Shown here: positions 1-9,462 of the stretch, piece by piece
How positions within the stretch are numbered: the stretch's first letter is position 1
Layout: the number at the start of each line of letters is the position of its first letter
NCBI GenBank assembly: GCA_964467905.1
Contig: CAYXSY010000008.1
Span: 22 to 64,021, forward strand
Length of the DNA: 64,000 nt
Source of the DNA: an uncultured Planctomycetales bacterium
GTDB taxonomy: Bacteria > Omnitrophota > Gorgyraeia > Gygaellales > Profunditerraquicolaceae
Direction of reading: 5' to 3'
Notes under the pieces: model-generated
Databases searched by the model: none
What the model saw: only the letters and a program-made list of their open reading frames with translations
Told to the model about the DNA's origin: nothing
Translations under genes and position numbers: made by a program

Positions 1-750
1 TATACCGGAAGAAAAACCAGGAATCTTTTTGACCCGCAAAGCAAGGCCCCTTTTAAATTAAGCCGTTCTAAGATAGAGCTCTTCATCAACTGTCCGCGTT
101 GTTTTTATCTTGATAGAAGATTAGGGGTTGGTCAGCCCCCCGGCTATCCTTTTACCCTTAATTCCGCCGTAGACAAGCTGCTGAAGAAAGAGTTTGATTT
201 ATATCGTAGCAGACAGTCTGCGCATCCTCTTATGGAGTCATGCGGGATAAAAGCAGTCCCCTTTAGGCATGAAAAACTTGAATTTTGGCGCGATGCATTA
301 CGCGGAGGGGTTGAATTCTTGCATAAGCCGACAAATCTTTTACTTACCGGTGCGGTGGATGATATCTGGGCTTCTGCGCAAGGGGAATTATTTATTGTAG
401 ATTACAAGAGCACTTCCAAAGAACAGGAAGTAAGTATAGATGAGCCCTGGCAGGTTTCCTATAAGAGGCAGATGGAGATATACCAGTGGTTATTTAAAAA
501 CAATGGATTTAACGTATCTTCTATAGGGTATTTTGTATATTGCAATGGGATTACGGCAAGAGAAAGATTTGATTCCAGGCTGGATTTTGATATAAAGATT
601 ATCCCTTATCAGGGAGATACTTCTTGGATTGAGCCTGTGGTAATTAAAATGAAAGAGTGCTTGATGCTTCCCGAGGCCCCTGCGCACAGTCAGGAATGTG
701 ATTATTGTTTGTATAGCAAAGCGCTTAAGGAAACAGAAAATTTGTGTTAG
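1..750 (+). CDS. PD-(D/E)XK-fold nuclease family protein (Cas4/RecB-like, Cys-rich), 5'-truncated by window edge
   Basis: Frame 1 is open from nt 1 with no stop before 748-750, so the ORF-track start at 232 is internal. N-terminal CPRC, core GAVDDIW...ELFIVDYKS (D...(D/E)xK) and C-terminal ECDYC cysteine pair. Confidence 0.6.
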   Translation, partial: YTGRKTRNLFDPQSKAPFKLSRSKIELFINCPRCFYLDRRLGVGQPPGYPFTLNSAVDKLLKKEFDLYRSRQSAHPLMESCGIKAVPFRHEKLEFWRDALRGGVEFLHKPTNLLLTGAVDDIWASAQGELFIVDYKSTSKEQEVSIDEPWQVSYKRQMEIYQWLFKNNGFNVSSIGYFVYCNGITARERFDSRLDFDIKIIPYQGDTSWIEPVVIKMKECLMLPEAPAHSQECDYCLYSKALKETENLC

Positions 751-778
751 TGGCTAAGAAATATCTTAAGGAGCGGAT

Positions 779-1567
779 ATGAAGAAAATTATTTATTACT
801 TTTCGGCAACCGGAAATTCTTTGGTTGTGGCCAGGGATTTATCTGCTGCTTTGGGAGGATCTGATATCGTCCCGATTACCAAAGCTTTGCGGCAGGATCA
901 GGATAATTCTTATGATGTCATAGGCATAGTATTCCCTGTTTATATGTTTGGCTTACCGCTTATTGTATGTAAGTTTTTAGAAAGTATTAAAGTGAAGAAC
1001 GGCGCTTATGTTTTCTCCGTTGCTACATTAGGCGGTATGCCGGGTAGGGCTCATAGTCTTGTAAAGGAGATTTTAGGCAGGCGTGGTATCAAGCTTAAGG
1101 CCGGTTTCAGTGTGCGTATGCCGGGTAATTATACTCCGTTATATGGGGCAATCAGCGAAGAAAAACAGAATGAGGAGTTTGTCAAAGAGAAGGACCGCGC
1201 GAAAGAGATAGCTTCTTATGTTTTATCCGCCAAAGAAGGCATCATTGAAGAGAAACCGTTTTTGCCTAATTTTCTGATTTACAAGTTGCTATACAAAGGC
1301 GGATCAAAAATGATTCCCTTTTCCGATAAAGATTTTTGGTTTACCGATGCTTGCACTAAATGCGGGATATGCCAGAGAGTTTGTCCGGTTAAGAATATAA
1401 GGCTTGAAGACGGTCATCCTGTGTGGATGCATCATTGCCAGCATTGCATGGCATGCCTGCAGTGGTGCCCGGTTGAGGCAATACAGTATAAGAAAACAAC
1501 TATAGGCAGGAAGCGCTACCGTCATCCTGAGGTGCGCGCAGAAGATATAGCGCAGCAGAGAGAATAA
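779..1567 (+). CDS. Flavodoxin-like domain fused to 2x[4Fe-4S] ferredoxin (EFR1-type)
   Basis: N-terminus MKKIIYYFSATGNSLVVA is flavodoxin-like. Two ferredoxin motifs: CTKCGICQRVCP and CQHCMACLQWCP. GGAG RBS upstream. Confidence 0.7.
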   Translation: MKKIIYYFSATGNSLVVARDLSAALGGSDIVPITKALRQDQDNSYDVIGIVFPVYMFGLPLIVCKFLESIKVKNGAYVFSVATLGGMPGRAHSLVKEILGRRGIKLKAGFSVRMPGNYTPLYGAISEEKQNEEFVKEKDRAKEIASYVLSAKEGIIEEKPFLPNFLIYKLLYKGGSKMIPFSDKDFWFTDACTKCGICQRVCPVKNIRLEDGHPVWMHHCQHCMACLQWCPVEAIQYKKTTIGRKRYRHPEVRAEDIAQQRE

Positions 1568-1598
1568 ACCCGGGAATTTTAGAGAAAGGAGATTTATC

Positions 1599-2183
1599 AT
1601 GAGGAGAATATTCGGATTGGTGTTTTTCGTAGCAGTGGTTTTATTAGCGGCAAATATAGTTTTTGGCGCCGAGATGTCGGCGGATATGATTAGCACAAGC
1701 GCAGGGCAGACTTTCAGGGGTAAGATTTTTATCAGCGGTGACAAGGTCAGGATGGAGAATCCCGAAACAATTAGTATCAGCCGTATGGATAAAAAAGTGG
1801 TTTGGATTTTAATGCCTAAAAACATGACATATATGGAGCAGCCCTTTGATCCTTCGAGCGCAGTAGCTACTTCCAGTAAAGTAAGCGGTGAGATAGAGCG
1901 TAAATTTATAGCCAAAGAAAACATAGACGGACGTCTGACCGATAAGTATCAGGTAGTTTATAATGCAGGAGGGAGAAAAGAAACAATGTTCCAATGGATA
2001 GCCCCTGGCCTGAATATACCGGTCAAGACAGCAGCAGCTGATAACAGCTGGGTAATTGAGTATAAGAATATAAAGACCTCAAAACAGCCTGATTCATTAT
2101 TTGAAGTTCCCGCTGGGTATCAGAAATTCTCTTACCAGATGCCTTCAATGCAGGATGTCTTAGGCGGGATTATCGGAGGTTAA
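1599..2183 (+). CDS. Secreted protein, DUF4412-like
   Basis: Signal peptide MRRIFGLVFFVAVVLLAANIVFGA and AAGGAG RBS. Overall resemblance to DUF4412 periplasmic proteins is from recollection, not searched. Confidence 0.5.
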   Translation: MRRIFGLVFFVAVVLLAANIVFGAEMSADMISTSAGQTFRGKIFISGDKVRMENPETISISRMDKKVVWILMPKNMTYMEQPFDPSSAVATSSKVSGEIERKFIAKENIDGRLTDKYQVVYNAGGRKETMFQWIAPGLNIPVKTAAADNSWVIEYKNIKTSKQPDSLFEVPAGYQKFSYQMPSMQDVLGGIIGG

Positions 2184-2211
2184 GAAGACATAAGGTTACG
2201 TATCTTTCATC

Positions 2212-2239
2212 TTGATTTTAGTAGAAAAAGTGGTAAACT
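2212..2239 (+). promoter_or_regulatory. Candidate sigma70 promoter with extended -10
   Basis: TTGATT (2212-2217), 16-nt spacer, TGgTAAACT (TG 2231-2232, hexamer 2234-2239). Confidence 0.35.
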
Positions 2240-2298
2240 TATCACTGCGTAAGTAATCTCCGAGTTTTAAGGTGGGTCTGGATTAGAAAAATAATGAG

Positions 2299-2349
2299 AA
2301 ACCTTTGCTAGCTGTAAATACTGACAGCCGGCAAAGGTTCCTTTTTTTA
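2299..2349 (+). terminator. Rho-independent terminator or attenuator hairpin
   Basis: ACCTTTGC(ta)GCTGT-loop-ACAGC(cg)GCAAAGGT interrupted stem (2301-2338) followed by a T-run, CTTTTTTT (2341-2348). Confidence 0.6.
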
Positions 2350-2358
2350 TAGAGGCTA

Positions 2359-4203
2359 TTGCATAGAATGTTAAGTTTATTAATACGGCAGTTTATTTTG
2401 TTCGATCCGCTTTCGCTATTTTTTCTCTCCGTAATTATTCTTGTCTGTTTCCCTTCGGCTATCTATTCTGTTGGTTACATGAAGAATGAATATTCTTATT
2501 CTAAAATAAAGTTATCCTGGGTTTTGCTGTTTATTTTCACCCTGTCTATGGCTTTGGTAGTAGCTGTAAGAAACTGCTTAGCTTTTCTTATATTCTGGGA
2601 AATCATGTCTTTAGTATCGTATTTCTTGGTAGTTATTGATGTCCGTCATGAGAAATCAATACAGGCGGGTATGATTTATATAATTATGACGCATATCGGT
2701 ACAGCTTTCTTAACCGCGGCTTTTCTGATAATGTACAAATATGCCGGCTCTTTTGATTTTTTTGTAGTAAGGAATGCTTTGCAAACAATACCACCTACGG
2801 CAAAAAATACATTATTTTTGCTGCTTTTGGCCGGTTTCGGCACTAAGGCCGGGATTGTGCCATTACATATCTGGCTGCCTTATGCTCATCCTCAAGCCCC
2901 GAGCCATATATCGAGTATTATGTCCGGGGTGATGATAAAGACCGCTATTTATGGGATAATCCGCTTCATAATATATATACTTGGTGTTAATGCTCTTTGG
3001 TGGGGGGTATTAGTTTTAGTCCTGGCAGTAATTTCCTGTCTTGTCGGAGTTATCTACGCGCTGATAGAACATGATATCAAGAAGCTTCTCGCATATCATA
3101 GCGTAGAAAACATTGGGATAATATTGCTGGGGGTAGGCCTGGCAATGTTTTTTATCAGTATTAATTTACCTTATTTAGCCATTTTTTCATTAATTGCCGG
3201 CTTATATCACTTAATAAATCATGCTATATTTAAAGGGCTTTTATTTTTATGCGCGGGCAGTGTTTATAAGGCGACAGGGACGCGCGATATCGAAAAGCTG
3301 GGTGGACTAATTAAGAAAATGCCGTATACATCTATATGCTTTTTATTAGGCGCTATGGCAATTTCGGCTTTACCACCGCTTAATGGTTTCGTAAGCGAAT
3401 GGCTGACACTACAAGCGTTTTTCTTGGGAGCATTTAATATATCCGCAGGAGGAAAGATTTTCTTAGGAATATGCGCTTCGATGTTGGCTTTAACCAGCGG
3501 GTTGGCTGCCGCTTGTTTTGTAAAGGCTTTCGGAATCACCTTTTTAGCTCAGCCAAGGAGCCATTACGCCAAAAATGCAAAAGAGGTTACTTTGTCTATG
3601 CGTATAGGGATGTTTTTCTTATCATTCCTGACAATTACGTTTGGTTTAGCCGCGGTCCAAATTATTAAATTACTAGCAAAAGTTTCATCCGCAGTTATGG
3701 GAGTAGATATAAGCGGTATGCGTTTTGCCTTAAACAATTTTACCTTTAAGGCTTATACATCAGGAAGCGCCTCTTTTTCACCTCTTTTGATTGCTTTTTG
3801 GATAGCTATTCTGGTAGTGGTATTTCTTTTTATTCACAGGTTAATAATAAAAACTAAAAGTTCGTTTTCTACGACTTGGGATTGTGGTTATTATAAACTT
3901 ACTGCGCGTAATGAATACACCGCTACCGCTTTCTCAAAGCCATTCAGAATAGCCTTTAGTTTTTTCTTGTTGCCTTATCGCAAGACAGAGAAGATAAGAG
4001 AATCATTCTACCATGTAAAGTCTTTTACTTATGAGACTCATATCACGCAGGTTTTCAGGAAATACATTTATGATCCGGTTATCGTTTTTGTCTTTAAAAC
4101 AGCAAAGTCTATGAGGTTGATTCAGCCGGGAAGTATTAACCTTTATTTATTATATATCTTTGCCAGTCTTTTTTTGTTAATAGTTTTTATGCATTGGTTA
4201 TAA
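2359..4203 (+). CDS. HyfB/HycC-type (NuoL-like) antiporter-like membrane subunit
   Basis: Polytopic 614-aa protein with WLPYAHPQAPSHISSIMSGVMIKTAIYG, typical of NuoL/M/N-HyfB. ATG at 2368 behind AGAGG (2351-2355) may be the real start instead of TTG 2359. Confidence 0.85.
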   Translation: MHRMLSLLIRQFILFDPLSLFFLSVIILVCFPSAIYSVGYMKNEYSYSKIKLSWVLLFIFTLSMALVVAVRNCLAFLIFWEIMSLVSYFLVVIDVRHEKSIQAGMIYIIMTHIGTAFLTAAFLIMYKYAGSFDFFVVRNALQTIPPTAKNTLFLLLLAGFGTKAGIVPLHIWLPYAHPQAPSHISSIMSGVMIKTAIYGIIRFIIYILGVNALWWGVLVLVLAVISCLVGVIYALIEHDIKKLLAYHSVENIGIILLGVGLAMFFISINLPYLAIFSLIAGLYHLINHAIFKGLLFLCAGSVYKATGTRDIEKLGGLIKKMPYTSICFLLGAMAISALPPLNGFVSEWLTLQAFFLGAFNISAGGKIFLGICASMLALTSGLAAACFVKAFGITFLAQPRSHYAKNAKEVTLSMRIGMFFLSFLTITFGLAAVQIIKLLAKVSSAVMGVDISGMRFALNNFTFKAYTSGSASFSPLLIAFWIAILVVVFLFIHRLIIKTKSSFSTTWDCGYYKLTARNEYTATAFSKPFRIAFSFFLLPYRKTEKIRESFYHVKSFTYETHITQVFRKYIYDPVIVFVFKTAKSMRLIQPGSINLYLLYIFASLFLLIVFMHWL

Positions 4204-4204
4204 G

Positions 4205-5128
4205 ATGAGAAATATATTAATAATTATATTGCAGGTATTCGTATTTATCGTGGTTTCTCCATTGCTAAGTGGATTGATATCTAAGATAAAGAACAATATC
4301 AGAATGCGTAAGGGGCAAAGTGTTTTTCAGCCGTATTATAATTTGGTAAAGCTTTTTTCCAAAGATGAGGTAATCTCGTATGATGCTTCTTGGATATTCA
4401 TCGCTGCGCCTGTTATTGTCTTATCAGCCATGCTTAGTGCAGCTTTATTCATACCTGTCTTTATTCTTCCGGCCCCGATGCATCAGATCGGAGATTTCCT
4501 GGCGCTTATATTCATATTTGCTTTAGGGCGTTTTTTTCTTGCGCTTTCTGCTTTGGATACGGGTAGCTCGTTTGGGGGAATGGGGTCTTCCAGAGAGATG
4601 TTTATTTCCAGTCTATCGGAACCCGCATTATGCTTGGTTGTATTCTCTGTATTATTGCAAACCGGCTCTACGGATATTTCGTTATCAAGCGGCGCTTGTA
4701 TGCTTTCGGTTTCAAGCGTTATTACCGCGGTCACCCTATTTCTTATTACGATAGCAGAAACTTCGCGCGTCCCGGTTGATAATCAGGAGACGCATCTGGA
4801 ATTGACTATGGTGCATGAGGCTATGGTTTTGGAATATTCAGGGAGATCATTGGCTTTGTTGGAAATGGCCTCTCATATAAAACAGATGATTATGTTTTTT
4901 CTCATCGCACAAATAATTTTCCCTATAGCTTTACCAGTTTTTGGAGGTTTTGCCGGTATTCTGTATTGGATCTTATGGTATATCGCCAGGATAATCATTA
5001 TAGTGGTTGCCGTAGCTTTGTTAGAAATCTCAATAGCGAAGATGCGTTTATTCAGGGTAGCGGATTTCCTCGGGTTTACATTTGTATTAGGTATTATTGC
5101 CGTGGTGTGCGCGGTATTAGGAGTTTAA
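4205..5128 (+). CDS. HycD/HyfC-type (NuoH-like) membrane subunit
   Basis: ETSRVPVDNQETHLELTMVHEAMVLEYSG matches the NuoH/HycD signature. 1-nt gap to the upstream gene. Confidence 0.85.
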   Translation: MRNILIIILQVFVFIVVSPLLSGLISKIKNNIRMRKGQSVFQPYYNLVKLFSKDEVISYDASWIFIAAPVIVLSAMLSAALFIPVFILPAPMHQIGDFLALIFIFALGRFFLALSALDTGSSFGGMGSSREMFISSLSEPALCLVVFSVLLQTGSTDISLSSGACMLSVSSVITAVTLFLITIAETSRVPVDNQETHLELTMVHEAMVLEYSGRSLALLEMASHIKQMIMFFLIAQIIFPIALPVFGGFAGILYWILWYIARIIIIVVAVALLEISIAKMRLFRVADFLGFTFVLGIIAVVCAVLGV

Positions 5129-5129
5129 T

Positions 5130-5762
5130 ATGGCAGAAGTAATCCTTTGTTTGATTCTGGCTGTAACATATATGATGGTTATTGCCAAGAGGACGCCGGC
5201 CTTGGTGCGTAATTTCCGTTATCAATCTACGCTGATTTTCTTAGTAACATTGGTTTCTGGAATTAGGGGTGGGCACGTTGATTTGTGCATTGTTGCTTTT
5301 CTCATATTGTTCTTAAAGGTTTTTATAATACCATATGTGTTGAATTTAGTAGCCAAGAAAATAAATGTTGACGAGAATCTCGGGCTTTTTGTCAGTCCTC
5401 AACTTTCGTTAATTGTCGCCTTGGCGTTAACTTATTGTTCGGGTGTTTTTGCGCATGCATTAGGGCTAAATTCATTTTACAAAATGGCAGCTATTACTGT
5501 TGCTTTCTCGGTAATTTCCGTAGGAGCATTCCTTATGGTCTCGCGCATGAAAGCTTTTACTCAGCTGATAGGCCTTTTAGTAATGGAGAACGGTATTTTT
5601 ATCTTCGCTTCTTTTTTATCAGCGGGTATGCCATTTTTTGTAGAGTTTGCCATAGCTTTAGATGTATTCATGAGCGTGGTTATTATGGGCATATTTGTCT
5701 ACAGAATCAATAGGCTTTTTACGCATATTGATGTAAATAAGCTGTCTCGTCTAAGAGGGTAG
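5130..5762 (+). CDS. HyfE-like small membrane subunit
   Basis: 210 aa, multi-TM. Size and position between the NuoH-like and NuoN-like genes match hyfE. Confidence 0.7.
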   Translation: MAEVILCLILAVTYMMVIAKRTPALVRNFRYQSTLIFLVTLVSGIRGGHVDLCIVAFLILFLKVFIIPYVLNLVAKKINVDENLGLFVSPQLSLIVALALTYCSGVFAHALGLNSFYKMAAITVAFSVISVGAFLMVSRMKAFTQLIGLLVMENGIFIFASFLSAGMPFFVEFAIALDVFMSVVIMGIFVYRINRLFTHIDVNKLSRLRG

Positions 5763-5783
5763 CTTTTAAAGGAAAAAATACAA

Positions 5784-7241
5784 ATGGAAGTGTTTCTTAT
5801 TATTGGCATTCCGGTTTTTCTTGCGCTGTCAGCTTATTTAATTAAGGATCGAAATCTATATGGCATAGTGAATGCCATCTCCTATTTTATTATATTATGT
5901 CTTAGCGTTGTTGTTTTTAGGAAAGTTATTTCTTCCGGAGAGATAAGTTTATTTGGTGATTCTATTTATCTTGATGCTTTAAGCGCATTTTTTATTTTTG
6001 TTACTGCCTCGGTAGCTTTCGCATCCGCGCTTTATTCAATCGGATATATAAAAAAGGATATTGAAAAAGGCATATTGCCGGAGCATAAAGCGAAATTGTA
6101 TTATTTTCTTTTTAATCTATTCTGTTGCTCTATGTTCCTTGTCGTTACGGTGAATAATCTTGGACTACTTTGGGTTGCTGTTGAGATGACTACACTTGTT
6201 TCAGCGTTTCTTGTAGGTTTGTATAATTCCAAGGGATCAGTTGAGGCAGCATGGAAATATATCATTATATGTTCGGTGGGCATAATCTTTGCGCTTTTAG
6301 GAACAATTCTTTTTTATTACGCTTTTTCTCTTTCGGGAGCGGCAAAGAGCCTGCATTGGTCTGATATCTTGTCCGGAGCGGCAGGTATGGATAAGAATAT
6401 CTTAAAGCTAGCTTTTATTTTTATCTTGGTTGGGTATGGGACTAAGGCCGGCCTTGCTCCTATGCATACCTGGTTGCCTGATGCCCATAGTCAGGCTCCT
6501 GCGCCTATCAGTGCGCTTCTTTCCGGAGTGCTCATTAAAACAGCCATTTATGCAATCTTAAGATTCGGCATTATTGTCGTGAAGGTGGCGGGCTTAACTT
6601 ATTTTTCTCATTTGATGCTGCTTTTAGGGTTAATTTCTTTAGGGCTTTCATGCGCCTTTATACTGGTTCAGAAAGATCTAAAGCGTCTTCTTGCTTATAG
6701 CAGTATTGAACATATTGGCATAATCTCGGTAGCATTTGGTTTGGGTTCTCCGTTAGCCGTAGCCGCAGGCTTGCTGCATATTTTTAACCATGCGGTGACA
6801 AAATCACTTATGTTTTTCTCCGCAGGGAATATTATTTCCGCATACGGTAAGCACAATATGAATGCTATCAGAGGGGTATTAAAAGTTTTGCCGTTTACGG
6901 GGTTCGTGGTATTAATAGGGTGTTTTGCTCTTACGGGATTTCCGCCTTTCTGTATATTTATAAGCGAGATGATGATTCTATTCTCCGCATTTACTAGTGG
7001 CTCATACATAATAGGAATATTGGTATTGTTTTTTTTGGTGGTCATTTTCGGAGCTTTTATTTATCGCTTCGGAGAGATGGTCTTTGGAAATATGCCTAAA
7101 GGGATGAAAATCGTGGGAGAGCCGTTAAGCGGGAAGCTGGCGCTTATATTTTTGTTAGCACAGATTTGTTTATTAGGCATCATATTTTTATTTATCAATA
7201 AGGATTTATTATGCATAATTCAGAGATTCTTACAACAATAA
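5784..7241 (+). CDS. HyfF-type (NuoM/N-like) antiporter-like membrane subunit
   Basis: WLPDAHSQAPAPISALLSGVLIKTAIY motif; polytopic 485 aa. Confidence 0.85.
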   Translation: MEVFLIIGIPVFLALSAYLIKDRNLYGIVNAISYFIILCLSVVVFRKVISSGEISLFGDSIYLDALSAFFIFVTASVAFASALYSIGYIKKDIEKGILPEHKAKLYYFLFNLFCCSMFLVVTVNNLGLLWVAVEMTTLVSAFLVGLYNSKGSVEAAWKYIIICSVGIIFALLGTILFYYAFSLSGAAKSLHWSDILSGAAGMDKNILKLAFIFILVGYGTKAGLAPMHTWLPDAHSQAPAPISALLSGVLIKTAIYAILRFGIIVVKVAGLTYFSHLMLLLGLISLGLSCAFILVQKDLKRLLAYSSIEHIGIISVAFGLGSPLAVAAGLLHIFNHAVTKSLMFFSAGNIISAYGKHNMNAIRGVLKVLPFTGFVVLIGCFALTGFPPFCIFISEMMILFSAFTSGSYIIGILVLFFLVVIFGAFIYRFGEMVFGNMPKGMKIVGEPLSGKLALIFLLAQICLLGIIFLFINKDLLCIIQRFLQQ

Positions 7242-8788
7242 GGGATAATTTCTCAGGTTTTAATGCGCTTGTAGCTTCGCAGGAATATCCGGATGAGCTA
7301 AAGATTAAAGTTTCTCCAGAGAGTTTTAAAGAGACATGTCTTGTTTTACATAAGATTCTTTCTTCTGCGGTGGCGATGTTTTTTGCTTGTGACGCACGCA
7401 AAGAAACAGGGGTATTTGTAGTTAATTGTGTTTTTCTGGATTCAAGGAGAAGCCAATGGATTACCGTGAGTACGGACATACTGCAGGCTAGGCCGTCTTT
7501 TGATTCAATTGCAAAAGATATACATTCGGCAAGTTTGTTTGAGAGACAAATTTGGGAAATGTTTGGTATTGAGCCTAAGGGTAACCCTGATCTAAGGCGC
7601 CTGCATTTACACGATGAAGTTTGGCCGCAAGGCAATTATCCTTTACGTAAGGATTTTAGGGGATTAGGTTCTGTAGATTTGAGTGAATACAGATTCTTCA
7701 GGGTAGAGGGGGATGGGGTATTTGAAGTCCCTGTCGGTCCGGTTCACGCAGGGATAATTGGTCCGGGGCATTTTCGTTTCAGCGTTGCCGGTGAGCCGAT
7801 TATAAATTTAGAGATCCGTCTTGGTTTTACGCATAGAGGAGTAGAGAAGATTTTTGAAGGTAAAACTTATACCGAAGCGATAAAATTATCTGAATGTGTA
7901 GCCGGAGATTCGTGTTTTGCGCACAGCTTAGCATTTATTTTGGCTGCAGAGAAAATTTCTGGCATCAGGGTTACGGACAAGGCTTCCTATACTAGAGCTG
8001 TATTTCTTGAGCTTGAACGTATATATAATCACGTGAATGATATCGGTGGAATTGCTGTTGACGTGGGGTTTAGTTTTCCTGCAGCCTACGCTTCAATTAT
8101 AAAAGAGGCAATTTTACAATTAAATGAAAGAATCTCCGGTAATAGATATATTAAGCATGTTAATATAGCAGGTGGCGTAGTAGTGGATATAGATGAAACC
8201 AAGAGGCAAATAATAAAAGATTCTTTAGAAAAGATAGAATACGATTTCAATGAATTGGTAAAAATATTGTATTCCAGCGTATCTTTTATGGACCGGATAG
8301 ATGGTACCGGAATATTGCGTAAAAAGACTGCCGAGGATATCGGTGTAAGAGGATTGGCGGGGAGAGCTTCTGGTATCCCGGTAGATTTGAGAAGGCTTTT
8401 CCCGGGAGTATATAATAACGTTAAATTCATGATGGCACTAGAGGAGTCTGGTGATGTTTTGGCAAGATTACGGTTAAGGGTTACGGAATTTAAAGAGTCC
8501 TGTCGTTTAATTAAAGAATTTATAAGCAGGATTAAGAAGGATGAGCCATGCGTTGTCTCTGTTGTATCAAAACAGGGCAGTGCGTTAGGCTATGCGGAAG
8601 GCTGGAGGGGGCCGGTTTTGTATTGGCTGCAGACAGATGAAGCAGGGTTAGTTAATAGGTGTAAGGTTGTAGACGCATCTTTTCTTAATTGGCAAGGCTT
8701 ATCGTACGCCGCGTTGGGGAATATAATTCCGGATTTTCCTGTCTGTAATAAAAGTTTTGATTTATCTTATTCGGGGAATGACCTCTAA
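7211..8788 (+). CDS. Fused NuoC-NuoD / HycE-HyfG-like 'large subunit' lacking canonical NiFe cysteines
   Basis: NuoC-like ERQIWEMFGIEPKGNPDLRRLHLHDEVWPQGNYPLRKDF, then VGPVHAGIIGPGHFRF and RLGFTHRGVEKIFEG. Ligand motifs read SECVAGDSCFAHS and SFDLSYSGNDL-stop. Confidence 0.85.
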   Translation: MHNSEILTTIRDNFSGFNALVASQEYPDELKIKVSPESFKETCLVLHKILSSAVAMFFACDARKETGVFVVNCVFLDSRRSQWITVSTDILQARPSFDSIAKDIHSASLFERQIWEMFGIEPKGNPDLRRLHLHDEVWPQGNYPLRKDFRGLGSVDLSEYRFFRVEGDGVFEVPVGPVHAGIIGPGHFRFSVAGEPIINLEIRLGFTHRGVEKIFEGKTYTEAIKLSECVAGDSCFAHSLAFILAAEKISGIRVTDKASYTRAVFLELERIYNHVNDIGGIAVDVGFSFPAAYASIIKEAILQLNERISGNRYIKHVNIAGGVVVDIDETKRQIIKDSLEKIEYDFNELVKILYSSVSFMDRIDGTGILRKKTAEDIGVRGLAGRASGIPVDLRRLFPGVYNNVKFMMALEESGDVLARLRLRVTEFKESCRLIKEFISRIKKDEPCVVSVVSKQGSALGYAEGWRGPVLYWLQTDEAGLVNRCKVVDASFLNWQGLSYAALGNIIPDFPVCNKSFDLSYSGNDL

Positions 8789-8791
8789 ACT

Positions 8792-9319
8792 ATGACGAGC
8801 ATACTTAGAAGCAGATTATTAAAGGGCGTAGTAAGCAGGCATATTGAGCCGCAATTTGCCAAGCAGTTAGAAGATGCTGGCTTAGAATTGAAGATGCTTA
8901 TACAAAAAAGATTTGGCAGGTCTTTATTCATACGTGAGGTAGATACGGGTTCTTGCGGGCTATGTGAATCAGAAATAATTTCTGCTACGAATCCGATATA
9001 TGATTTGCAGAGGTTTGGTATTAATTTTGTGGCATCTCCTCGCCATGCAGATGCGCTTTTGGTTACCGGGGCGCTATCTAAAAATATGGTTTTAGCTTTA
9101 AGGAAAACCTATGAAGCCATGAGCGAGCCTAAATTTGTGATTGCTTGTGGAGATTGCGCTTTGGACGGTAGTCTATTCAAAGGCTCGTATTATGTGGAGT
9201 CGGGGTTAAGTGATATATTGCCTGTAATCTTACATATTCCGGGTTGCCCGCCGTCGCCTATTGTAATTATCCAATATTTGTTATCTTTCCTTAAACATAA
9301 CCGATTAAGTACTGAATGA
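8792..9319 (+). CDS. NuoB/HycG/HyfI-like small subunit ([4Fe-4S])
   Basis: GSCGLCESE ... IACGDCA ... HIPGCPPSP, giving four Cys for the NuoB-type cluster. Confidence 0.85.
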   Translation: MTSILRSRLLKGVVSRHIEPQFAKQLEDAGLELKMLIQKRFGRSLFIREVDTGSCGLCESEIISATNPIYDLQRFGINFVASPRHADALLVTGALSKNMVLALRKTYEAMSEPKFVIACGDCALDGSLFKGSYYVESGLSDILPVILHIPGCPPSPIVIIQYLLSFLKHNRLSTE

Positions 9320-9462
9320 TAGCAGATAAATGAGTTACTATGATGTCATATACCTGCCATAAGTGCTTATCCACATTTATGTTGTTTTTTAGAAGAGATT
9401 AGGTTAAATTAATAGATACTTAAATATTGTATGTAATCGCTAAATCACTAAGCATTAATTCC

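Noticed and set aside
1304-1924. 206-aa minus-strand ORF spanning two + strand genes
   Set aside because: It is fully antisense to the ferredoxin-fusion and DUF4412-like genes. It is a low-complexity hydrophobic translation with no RBS or motif, typical of a shadow ORF in AT-rich DNA.
7195-7635. 146-aa minus-strand ORF
   Set aside because: It is antisense to the NuoC-like N-terminus of the hydrogenase-like large subunit, which has clear family motifs. This is a shadow ORF.
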